Shown one piece after another: positions 7,736-15,461 of a stretch of DNA of 58,069 bases. The translations under genes and the position numbers were made by a program. Source of the DNA: an uncultured Gammaproteobacteria bacterium (GTDB lineage Bacteria > Patescibacteriota > Microgenomatia > CAZETR01 > Amesbacteraceae); contig CAZWKN010000002.1 in the NCBI GenBank assembly GCA_964633995.1, forward strand, positions 179,119-237,187, read 5' to 3'. The notes beneath the pieces were generated by a model, which was not told the origin of the DNA, ran no database searches, and saw only the letters and a program-made list of their open reading frames with translations. Position 1 is the stretch's first letter. Each line of letters opens with the position of its first letter.

Positions 7736-10393
7736 CTAGGGAGCGACCATTTCCTGGCTAATTTTCTTGCGCAGTCCTACCCTACCCAGTTCGTATGTAA
7801 GTTGGGGAGAAAAACTGACATACACTGCCGGGTCTAGTCCAGCATAAGTTCTGCCGGACATATCTACACCATTCATGCCGATGACAGACCCATCAATTCT
7901 TAATTTATTTGTACTTGATCCGGCATCAAATGCGCCTTGTGTGTAGAAGATTCCTTTGAGGTGGGGAGCATACCCTGCTCCACCTATGTCAACTAATGAG
8001 TCGCTCTCCCCCACTGTTCCACTTACCTGGATATCATCATGTGCCAATATGGCAAGCAAGCCAATGTTGTCTGTAAACATTTTGTCACCAATCACTACGT
8101 TTCCGGTATCTACCAACAAAAGAACCTTCCTGGAACCCAAATTAAATTCACCATCCATAAACCTTAGTGATCCAGAAGCCGTTTTTCTCATGATGACTAT
8201 TCCTGAAACTTTTGCGGTAGGTGGCGCGGAATCAATGAGATTAACGAACGCAGTCGGGTCAACTTTTCCACCGGGACCCGGAACAAGAGAAACTGTGGTT
8301 TGACCTTTGGATAGGGCTCTTTCGCGTAAGGCCTGATATGTATTTTGCTGACTAGATACCAAACCACCCCAACCGGAACCAATATCGATTAACCACTGCT
8401 TGTTCTGAGTGACATTTGAGGATGACAAATTACCAAACCACCCGTTTCCGTATGCCACACCCGGAAAACCATCTGCTTCATCACTTAGATATCTGACCGG
8501 GTCCGGCGACACGGGTAAGGTGGTTCCCAACTGGCCACCAGCTGCCACCACATCTCCTCCCCGGGTCCCAAAAAACGAGGTGAATTGGGGTGAAACCGAG
8601 ACTATTGAGGAGGTTGTACAGGTACCAGTTTGTCCTAAAATATTTGAAACACGGGCAGTGGCCCGGACGCTACCTATACCTGCTGCCAACCAAGTAAGGG
8701 TCGTGGAATACGGAGTTAGGTTGTCTGGAGTGGTAACACTGAAAGCCGTGGCACCGGGAAAAGTGGTTGTAAAATCTACTCCATTAACAGTTGACCCAGC
8801 GTTTGGAACCACTGTGGCAGTCATGGTTCCGGGAGGGTTACCTACCCGGCCGGAAATAGCTGGAAAGGAAGTGATGCTGCACCCTGGTGGTGGACAAACA
8901 GATGAACTAAACGAGAGAGCCCCCGGAGATCCACAACCACAAGAGTTGCAACCATGCACCCAAGCGTTGTAAACCCGGCCGTCGGCCACGATATTTTTGG
9001 TATAACCATTACCAATCCTGTCGTCCACACAAACGTCTCCGGCATTTTGACGAGCTATGCAACTTCCCACCCAGGGATTACTAGTATCGTCAATTCTTAA
9101 GTTGTATTTCCAGGCTCCTGCCGGAGCAGTCCAGGTCATGGAGACGACGGAATTGCCACAAGTCAGAGGAACGGGTGGCGTCAAAAACGTGGGAGCTGTA
9201 GCCGGAATTGTCTCCCTTGTAACCGTAGTGGCTCCACAAAAAGTAGTCGAGGCTCCGGCAGTTGACCCCATCCAGACATGAGTGTTAATTGTTCCGTCTC
9301 CCGGATGGCTGGCCAGATCAATGGTGGCCCGCCAGACTCCTCCACCAAGATCTACCCCCTGATACCAAACAATATCATCCTGACCACCCACAGTTGTCCA
9401 GGTAGGAAACTTGACATTGGCAGCTGATACGCCACTGACAGTTACAGTGTATGTCCCGGAATTTCCACAGGTAGTGGTAACGCTGGGCGTAATTGTGGCT
9501 GCGTTACATGTGGGAGTACAAGTTACTGACTGGGGATTGCCTGATAAGATGGTATCTATTCCTGTGGTCCCGACTGCTCTGGCTTGGATAGAATGAGCCA
9601 GGCCGTCACGAAGCGAATTGGGGACACTATAGCCATTGAATCTGTGATTGGCAAATCCACCACATGATCCAGAAACACCTGCTTCGGCGGGCACATTGGC
9701 AACGGTAGAGCCAACCAGATTTGCACCTTCAATAAAATTGACCGTCAGCGCCTGGGCATAATTGTCCGGGTCACACGCCCAACCGTTTAACACACAACTT
9801 CCTGGCCCATCATGCCAACCAATGGCGGGATTGTCTGAAGGTGGAGTTGTGGGCACTGGGCCTCCGCAATTTCCGCTACATGAACCATTTCCGTCAGTGT
9901 CTCCAACCCCAGCGCATTGAGTAGGATTTCCCAAAATACATGTTGAATTATCACAATTTCCGCACCACATGGTTCCGGGTTGAGGGGTAGATGTGGGTGC
10001 GGGAGTATTTGTCGGGGATGCAAAAGAGCAACTACAACCCGAACTATAAAGCCTGTCATTCCCCCCACACCCTGATCCTCCGGGCAAAATAACTTTGTCA
10101 CAAGTTGACGCCGTAAGAGGAACGCACATTTGTCCGGCTGGCGCACAAACACCACAATCACCCGCGCTTCCACAAACGGACGGTCCCCCTTTTAGAGAAC
10201 ATGCTCCAGTTACAGCATGAATTGTTTTCACGCAATCTGCCATTCCTGCGGGAAAATTTGGAACACAGTCGTATGTATCATAACTTCCGGAGTTTACACT
10301 TCCACCACAACTTTGGGCATATACATGTTTCGGATTCCTAATCAAACCAAATCCTAGAATAAGTGCAAAAAGGACAATTGTTTTTTTTATCAT
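7736..10393 (-). CDS. Large secreted Cys-rich multidomain surface protein with one GBS Bsp-like repeat; function unknown.
   Basis: Signal peptide MIKKTIVLFALILGFGLI..VYAQ. About 18 Cys in aa 28-180 by hand count. Pro/Thr linkers are present. VKFPTWTTVGGQDDIVWYQG...THVWM (nt ~9266-9436) matches the GBS_Bsp-like repeat from memory. ATGA overlap with the upstream gene. Confidence 0.7.
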   Translation of the reverse strand: MIKKTIVLFALILGFGLIRNPKHVYAQSCGGSVNSGSYDTYDCVPNFPAGMADCVKTIHAVTGACSLKGGPSVCGSAGDCGVCAPAGQMCVPLTASTCDKVILPGGSGCGGNDRLYSSGCSCSFASPTNTPAPTSTPQPGTMWCGNCDNSTCILGNPTQCAGVGDTDGNGSCSGNCGGPVPTTPPSDNPAIGWHDGPGSCVLNGWACDPDNYAQALTVNFIEGANLVGSTVANVPAEAGVSGSCGGFANHRFNGYSVPNSLRDGLAHSIQARAVGTTGIDTILSGNPQSVTCTPTCNAATITPSVTTTCGNSGTYTVTVSGVSAANVKFPTWTTVGGQDDIVWYQGVDLGGGVWRATIDLASHPGDGTINTHVWMGSTAGASTTFCGATTVTRETIPATAPTFLTPPVPLTCGNSVVSMTWTAPAGAWKYNLRIDDTSNPWVGSCIARQNAGDVCVDDRIGNGYTKNIVADGRVYNAWVHGCNSCGCGSPGALSFSSSVCPPPGCSITSFPAISGRVGNPPGTMTATVVPNAGSTVNGVDFTTTFPGATAFSVTTPDNLTPYSTTLTWLAAGIGSVRATARVSNILGQTGTCTTSSIVSVSPQFTSFFGTRGGDVVAAGGQLGTTLPVSPDPVRYLSDEADGFPGVAYGNGWFGNLSSSNVTQNKQWLIDIGSGWGGLVSSQQNTYQALRERALSKGQTTVSLVPGPGGKVDPTAFVNLIDSAPPTAKVSGIVIMRKTASGSLRFMDGEFNLGSRKVLLLVDTGNVVIGDKMFTDNIGLLAILAHDDIQVSGTVGESDSLVDIGGAGYAPHLKGIFYTQGAFDAGSSTNKLRIDGSVIGMNGVDMSGRTYAGLDPAVYVSFSPQLTYELGRVGLRKKISQEMVAP

Positions 10394-11013
10394 TTGATTA
10401 CATAGGCTTGTCTAATAACAGGCGTGCAGTTGTTGAACTTATTTCCTAAAGGAAGTGCGTCAGCGAATTGTCTGTTGCATTTTGCGTAGATTTGCCATCT
10501 GGTAAGTAGGTTTTGGTCCGTTGCTTTGTCTGAATTTTCAATCACTTTCGTCAAAATAACTTTTATACTTTTACCTTTATACTGACCCAATCTATCCTGA
10601 ATATTATTTGATGTTAATTCATTGTGGAAGTATTCGCTCGACAGTGGAAACAATGTTTTTACGGTTTGCTCTTCTAGATAAAATTTGTCGTCATAGTTTC
10701 GATCTAAAATTTCAATTTTTTGTTTTCTTTTCGCTCCAGAATTATTTGCGTAAAGCACTTCAATGAAGTATTTATTTTTTTCCGGAAAGACGTTTTCTAT
10801 TTTTGCTATGAATCGGGTTATCTGGTCTTTATTTCCTCCTGAAGAAAAATAACCATATTTCAGGCCTATCCCTTTGTCGTCGACAAACTCAGAACTTACA
10901 CTCCGCAAGCCTGCTTCTCCAACATACCGCCATCCCAAATATCCTATCCCCAGAAGAACCACCAAAAATAGCACAATTTTCAAAGCTGTAGACACAGCTT
11001 TAAGTATACTCAA
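10390..11013 (-). CDS. N-terminally membrane-anchored protein; function unknown.
   Basis: 207-aa ORF with a TTG start 5 nt after the upstream stop. One TM helix (IVLFLVVLLGIGYLGW). Translationally coupled to the 885-aa gene. Confidence 0.55.
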   Translation of the reverse strand: MSILKAVSTALKIVLFLVVLLGIGYLGWRYVGEAGLRSVSSEFVDDKGIGLKYGYFSSGGNKDQITRFIAKIENVFPEKNKYFIEVLYANNSGAKRKQKIEILDRNYDDKFYLEEQTVKTLFPLSSEYFHNELTSNNIQDRLGQYKGKSIKVILTKVIENSDKATDQNLLTRWQIYAKCNRQFADALPLGNKFNNCTPVIRQAYVIK

Positions 11014-11018
11014 TTTCT

Positions 11019-12686
11019 TTACGGCTGGTCAACGGCCTTCCAATCGCTTCCTCTAAAAAAAACATTAAATACGTTTGGTAGTAAGTTCGGATTAATATCA
11101 CCGTTTAAATCTGAGTTCAGGCCATAGGGTGGCGTGGGTGTCTGGGTGTTATTTTTTGATCTATCCTTTATATACTCGGCTAATATTTTCGCGTCCTCAA
11201 AATCTTGGCTCAAATAATCAAGCATCCGCTGGTCCAATCTCGAAAGGTCTCCCCAGGTGGAAAAATTGTTAATGGTGTGAATCATTACCACTTTGTTCAG
11301 AAATTTATTTAATCTCTCTATTAACTCTAACCCTGTCAATGCTTCCACTTTCTGGTTATTGGCATCTTTAGCCTTTTCTGTGTCCCCCGACCGATAAACC
11401 TGCACCGAAAGATCGTTAAACGGTGGCTGCATCTCCCCAAAATTATACGCAATGGTATAACGAATTCCGTTTTTGTCTTCGTACCCTACAACCCCAACCA
11501 CGTTTCCCAATACTTCTCGTGCACCCAACAATACCCCCACGCTCAACACACCTGAACCGCCTTCGGTTTGAAATCCAAGTTCTCTGGGTTTTCCATCTAG
11601 CTGGATTATCCTGCTTTCGTTGGGTATCTGCGTCTCACCACTATTCCACGCAGCGACATTTGTGGTCAATTGTTCGACATTGTTAAGCTGTTCACCGATG
11701 GGGCGATCAATAACCTTAGTCACTTCGTTTACAATAACAGTTGCTCTGCCTTTTGTTTTTACTTTATCATCTGGATCGTACATGTGACCAGAAACAAATC
11801 GCTCTTCGCCTTTTGGACCAAAATAAGCCCCTTTTACTACCCCATCCCCGTCAAGGAATAGCCCGCCCCACGCCCAATTATTGATAGCCTCTGGGAACCT
11901 GACCCAAATCCTGGTCCCGTCACTGTATGTGGCAATGCCGTTTTCAACACTTACTAATGTTCCCAAGGCCGGCAATTCATTTGGTACAACCGCTGACGTG
12001 TATTTCCAACCATCTTCCATGGTCACCGTTGAACCAATAAGCCCACCTTCTGCTACAAATACAGTTTTCCCTTCATCTAGTAATCTGTTGGCCCCGAAAA
12101 TATCAACTTTACCTCCGGGTCCTCCAGCACCTTCAGGCTGAGCGTTTAGAATACTTCCGCCTGGAGTTTTTTGGGGTTCAGGAGTAGAGGATGAATCTGG
12201 CAACGGAGTGGCTATTGCAGTAACAACGGCGGTTGGGGTTCTGCTGGAATCCGGCGTGGGCATGGGGGCGGTGGCGGTAGAACGAATTGCAGTGTCTGTT
12301 GGGCTTATGGTCCTAGGTATGACCGCACAAGCAGCTGTGACCACAAGCACAATGATTTTAACTGCTCCCTTCTGTGCTGGGGTGAGTCGGTCATAGATTT
12401 TCATCATCTCTTGAATAAATACACCCCCAATTGCCAAGGCAACAAGTGGATCAGGTCCGGAGTCGACGACTTGATCTTTGTGCTTTTCGGGTCCTAACAT
12501 AATCGGAGGAAGCATTGAGGCAAAGGCTACTTTGCTGAAATCGGCGAGGTTGGTATTGGGGTGTAAAACCAAGGCGTCTTTGGGTTTAGACTGCTCTTGT
12601 CCCTTCCGAACATACTGAGGATCGCGACGGTCAAACCGGGCATTATGATTCTGTACTTTGAGCATTTCATCGCTTGGCATAGGCAT
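11019..12686 (-). CDS. Single-pass membrane protein with a Pro/Thr/Ser-rich linker and a large extracytoplasmic domain; function unknown.
   Basis: 555-aa ORF. About 110-aa N-terminal region, then TM helix KIIVLVVTAACAVIP, then the linker TATAPMPTPDSSRTPTAVVTAIATPLPDSSSTPEPQKTP. Confidence 0.6.
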   Translation of the reverse strand: MPMPSDEMLKVQNHNARFDRRDPQYVRKGQEQSKPKDALVLHPNTNLADFSKVAFASMLPPIMLGPEKHKDQVVDSGPDPLVALAIGGVFIQEMMKIYDRLTPAQKGAVKIIVLVVTAACAVIPRTISPTDTAIRSTATAPMPTPDSSRTPTAVVTAIATPLPDSSSTPEPQKTPGGSILNAQPEGAGGPGGKVDIFGANRLLDEGKTVFVAEGGLIGSTVTMEDGWKYTSAVVPNELPALGTLVSVENGIATYSDGTRIWVRFPEAINNWAWGGLFLDGDGVVKGAYFGPKGEERFVSGHMYDPDDKVKTKGRATVIVNEVTKVIDRPIGEQLNNVEQLTTNVAAWNSGETQIPNESRIIQLDGKPRELGFQTEGGSGVLSVGVLLGAREVLGNVVGVVGYEDKNGIRYTIAYNFGEMQPPFNDLSVQVYRSGDTEKAKDANNQKVEALTGLELIERLNKFLNKVVMIHTINNFSTWGDLSRLDQRMLDYLSQDFEDAKILAEYIKDRSKNNTQTPTPPYGLNSDLNGDINPNLLPNVFNVFFRGSDWKAVDQP

Positions 12687-12710
12687 ACAAAAATCCCGCC
12701 GGCGGCGGGA
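12687..12710 (-). terminator. Intrinsic-terminator-like hairpin (UCCCGCC-GCC-GGCGGGA followed by UUUUUGU) ending directly at the ATG of the 555-aa gene.
   Basis: Plus strand 12694-12710 reads tcccgccggcggcggga (7-bp GC stem), preceded by acaaaaa on the plus strand, which is a U-run on the minus strand. Confidence 0.6.
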
Positions 12711-12757
12711 AATAGTTTAAGTTATGACTTTAAAAGACTTGCGATTAACACAAAGCA

Positions 12758-12786
12758 ATTATACTCCCCCATTTACTATAGGTCAA
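12758..12786 (-). promoter_or_regulatory. Sigma-70-type promoter candidate TTGACC-N17-TATAAT.
   Basis: Minus strand: -35 TTGACC at 12786-12781 (overlaps the sortase TGA stop), a 17-nt spacer, and -10 TATAAT at 12763-12758. Confidence 0.45.
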
Positions 12787-13274
12787 ATTGGTTGGGCGAC
12801 GAGGATGAAACGTTTAGAATCGAAAAGCCCGATACAGGTATACACCGTAATCCGAGCATCTGTGGTCTGTTTGATTACTGCGGTTTGGTCTGAGTCCACT
12901 ATGGAGGTGGAAATGATCCTAAATTTGACAAGTTTGGAGTCTGAAAAGCTAATGTGCACCTCCTGCCCGGGAACCAGAGTGTGAAGTTTACCCAAAAGAT
13001 TTGGCCAGTTGTGGCCATAAAAAACAGAATTGCCTGGGGTTCCCGGCAGTGGAGTAGAAGTAACGTAAGAGACTCCTTTGGGGGTGGTTCCGTTTTCGGT
13101 AGGAATGACCGGCAGGATTAGGCCCAAACTTGGAAAGGAAATGGTTTTAGGTAGACCTGTGGCCGTGTTGGCCACTGCCTGAATGGGAGCATGGCGTTGC
13201 CAGATAAAAAAACCAGACAGAACAAAACAGGCAAGTGAAGCTACGAGTGTCGTTCTGAAGAAGATTTTAGGCAT
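12783..13274 (-). CDS. Sortase family transpeptidase (small, membrane-anchored).
   Basis: N-terminal TM helix; His motif SVFYGHN; Cys motif ITVYTC (TLxTC-type); downstream Arg (KRFILVAQ). Confidence 0.8.
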   Translation of the reverse strand: MPKIFFRTTLVASLACFVLSGFFIWQRHAPIQAVANTATGLPKTISFPSLGLILPVIPTENGTTPKGVSYVTSTPLPGTPGNSVFYGHNWPNLLGKLHTLVPGQEVHISFSDSKLVKFRIISTSIVDSDQTAVIKQTTDARITVYTCIGLFDSKRFILVAQPI

Positions 13275-14125
13275 AAAGAAAGACCAAACAATATAACTCC
13301 GGCTCCAAGTGCGAGAAGTACTTGAGTAGTGTTGCCAGTGGAAGCAAGGCCTAAAACTTGACCCGTGGAAGCCCCCAAGACTTGGCCACCAGGACCAGAG
13401 GCATCTGACGGCATACAGTTGTTTACGGCCCGAACGGAGAAATAATAGGTTTTGGACGGATCAAGACTGCCTATGGTGTAGGTGGTTACTTTGCCGGTGT
13501 TGGGAACGCCATAAATGTAGTTTCCCGGAGCTAAACCGTAGGAAATGGAATAATGAGTGGCATCTGAAACGGCTGACCAGGTAAGAATCGCTGTCGAGCC
13601 ATTTCTGACAACCGAATTTAGCGATGGGGCGGCTGGTTTTTTGGAATCACAGACCGGGGCTTGGCCACCTCCGCCTGTGCCACCATTGCTCCCACCACCG
13701 TTTCCTCCAGTCAGACAACTGTATGGAAAATTTTTGGCCATGTAGGGTGAATCGTCTAAGCCCCACGCAGATCCTGAGGGGACGAAAATCCAACCCAGTT
13801 TTTCAAGCGTAGCAATTTGCGACTGACTAAGAGAGCTTACTTTCCACCAATCGGTTTGGATGCCATTACCCGCCGATGAGCAGAAACATTGACTGAGCTG
13901 ACTATCGTTAACGATATACACCTGATCACTACCCACATAGGTGTTCGTGTCGCCGACTATGCCGTGAATCCCTGAATCATAGCTAATTTTAAGAGAACCC
14001 GTGGGGCTAGTACATGCCGGAAAATTCGGGACAACAAGCTCTGAAACAGCAAGCGAGGTAAGGGGCAATAGAAGACCTAGGAGCAGAAACAGAATACCAA
14101 ACAGCAGTGTTTCACCTAATTTCAT
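13241..14125 (-). CDS. Secreted FN3-domain surface protein with a C-terminal sortase sorting signal (LASTG + hydrophobic helix + basic tail).
   Basis: Signal peptide. FN3-like TAILTWSAVSDATHYSISYG..YYFSVRAVN. The C-terminus reads LASTG-NTTQVLLALGAGVILFGLSLCL-KSSSERHS (nt 13244-13348). Confidence 0.75.
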   Translation of the reverse strand: MKLGETLLFGILFLLLGLLLPLTSLAVSELVVPNFPACTSPTGSLKISYDSGIHGIVGDTNTYVGSDQVYIVNDSQLSQCFCSSAGNGIQTDWWKVSSLSQSQIATLEKLGWIFVPSGSAWGLDDSPYMAKNFPYSCLTGGNGGGSNGGTGGGGQAPVCDSKKPAAPSLNSVVRNGSTAILTWSAVSDATHYSISYGLAPGNYIYGVPNTGKVTTYTIGSLDPSKTYYFSVRAVNNCMPSDASGPGGQVLGASTGQVLGLASTGNTTQVLLALGAGVILFGLSLCLKSSSERHS

Positions 14126-14161
14126 TGATTGAAGAGCAGGAGGAAAGTTAAGACTTGTAGT

Positions 14162-14190
14162 ATTTTACTGCCGATTAGCCAGTAATGCAA
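14162..14190 (-). promoter_or_regulatory. Promoter candidate TTGCAT-N17-TAAAAT upstream of the substrate-sortase pair.
   Basis: Minus strand: TTGCAT at 14190-14185, a 17-nt spacer, and TAAAAT at 14167-14162. A 10-bp palindrome ATTGATCAAT lies just upstream at 14194-14203. Confidence 0.4.
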
Positions 14191-14227
14191 GCTATTGATC
14201 AATTATTGTATTCGAGTACAAAAATAC

Positions 14228-15313
14228 CTAGTTAAATTTGTTCATTACCTCTACAACGCGAGCTATATCCTCATTGGTATGCGAGTAAGATATGGGAAGG
14301 CTTAGAGTGGTGGCATGAATTTCCTCGGAAAGCGGAAAACTTTGCCCTCTAAATAGGTCTGATAATGCCGGTTGTTTATGGGGTGGAGTGGGGTAATGGA
14401 TGGCTGTTTGAATTTCATGATCCAACAAATACTGGCGTAATTGGTCACGACGGGGATGGCGAATATTATATATATGGTATACATCGTAGAAGTCGGGGCG
14501 AACAACCGGCTTAATAAATTTGTCAGACAAGTTGTCCTGATAAATTTTGGCTAGTTGGCGTTTGTGGAGATTAATGGCGTCGAGTTTTGTTAACTTGATA
14601 CGCAACAATACTGCTTGAAGTTCGTCCAATCGTTGATTAGTACCAATAAGATCGTTTTGGTATTGAACAGTGCTTCCGTAATTACGAAGTTTTCTGATTG
14701 CTAAATCGAGCGCGAGATCGCTGGTAACTACAGCCCCAGCCTCACCTAAGGCTCCTAAATTTTTGGTGGGATAAAAACTAAAAGCTCCAATACCAAAGGT
14801 TCCAGTAAATTTGTTTTTATACTTGGCGCCATGACTTTGGGCGCAATCTTCTATAAGCACTAGGTTGTGTAATCTACAGATATCTTCTATCGGGCCCATG
14901 TCAGAGGACTTGCCGTACATATGGACCACTAATACCGCTTTGGTTTTGGGTGTAATTTTTTCGGTAATTTTGGAGGGGTCTATATTGTAAGTAGTGATGT
15001 CCGGTTCTACTAAAATGGGAATATGGCCGGTATTTAGAATGGCCAGAATGCTGGCAACATATGTATTTGATGGGACAATAATTTCACTTTTGGGAGGGAA
15101 GTTGCAAGCCTGGATACTTAATTCAAGAGCAGCAAGGCCCGAGCCTACGCCAACACTAAGCGGGGCTTGCAAGTAAGTTGCAAACTCTTTTTCAAAGGCA
15201 TCGACGTTTTGGCCTAAAACGTATTTGCCGCTATTTAGAAAGTCTGAAAAGCCTTTAATAAAATCCGGGAAAAACTCGGAATTGGTGTTTTTGAGATTTT
15301 CGTAGTAAATCAT
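14228..15313 (-). CDS. DegT/DnrJ/EryC1/StrS family PLP-dependent sugar aminotransferase.
   Basis: 361 aa. Typical family layout (..VPSNTYVASI.., ..FSFYPTKNLGALGEAG..) with the Lys in YPTKNLG. Confidence 0.85.
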   Translation of the reverse strand: MIYYENLKNTNSEFFPDFIKGFSDFLNSGKYVLGQNVDAFEKEFATYLQAPLSVGVGSGLAALELSIQACNFPPKSEIIVPSNTYVASILAILNTGHIPILVEPDITTYNIDPSKITEKITPKTKAVLVVHMYGKSSDMGPIEDICRLHNLVLIEDCAQSHGAKYKNKFTGTFGIGAFSFYPTKNLGALGEAGAVVTSDLALDLAIRKLRNYGSTVQYQNDLIGTNQRLDELQAVLLRIKLTKLDAINLHKRQLAKIYQDNLSDKFIKPVVRPDFYDVYHIYNIRHPRRDQLRQYLLDHEIQTAIHYPTPPHKQPALSDLFRGQSFPLSEEIHATTLSLPISYSHTNEDIARVVEVMNKFN

Positions 15314-15343
15314 GATATGAATTATAACGTATCACTTGATGGG

Positions 15344-15444
15344 GATCGCCACGCCCATTACATTCGCTCGCGATGACAGGAAATTGTCATTGCGATCCCA
15401 CCATCGGCGGGGGAAGCAATCTCTTTGGGGTCACTCGCGAGGAC
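15344..15444. repeat. Degenerate copies of the GATCGCC..TCGCGATGAC / GTCATTGCGA..AGCAATC intergenic repeat family.
   Basis: gatcgccacgcccattacattcgctcgcgatgac at 15344-15377; gtcattgcgatcccaccatcggcgggggaagcaatctc at 15386-15423. These account for the spurious N-terminal extension of track ORF 15336-16439. Confidence 0.6.
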
Positions 15445-15461
15445 ATGTTATTATTTCTGCA

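Noticed and set aside
15336-15461. N-terminal extensions of track ORFs: 15336-15461, 21521-21619, 25180-25209, 41365-41388, 52310-52399, 6573-6686.
   Set aside because: Each extension either runs through repeat DNA or overlaps the upstream or divergent gene. Internal starts give canonical family N-termini and, in three cases, exact ATGA/TTGA coupling overlaps.
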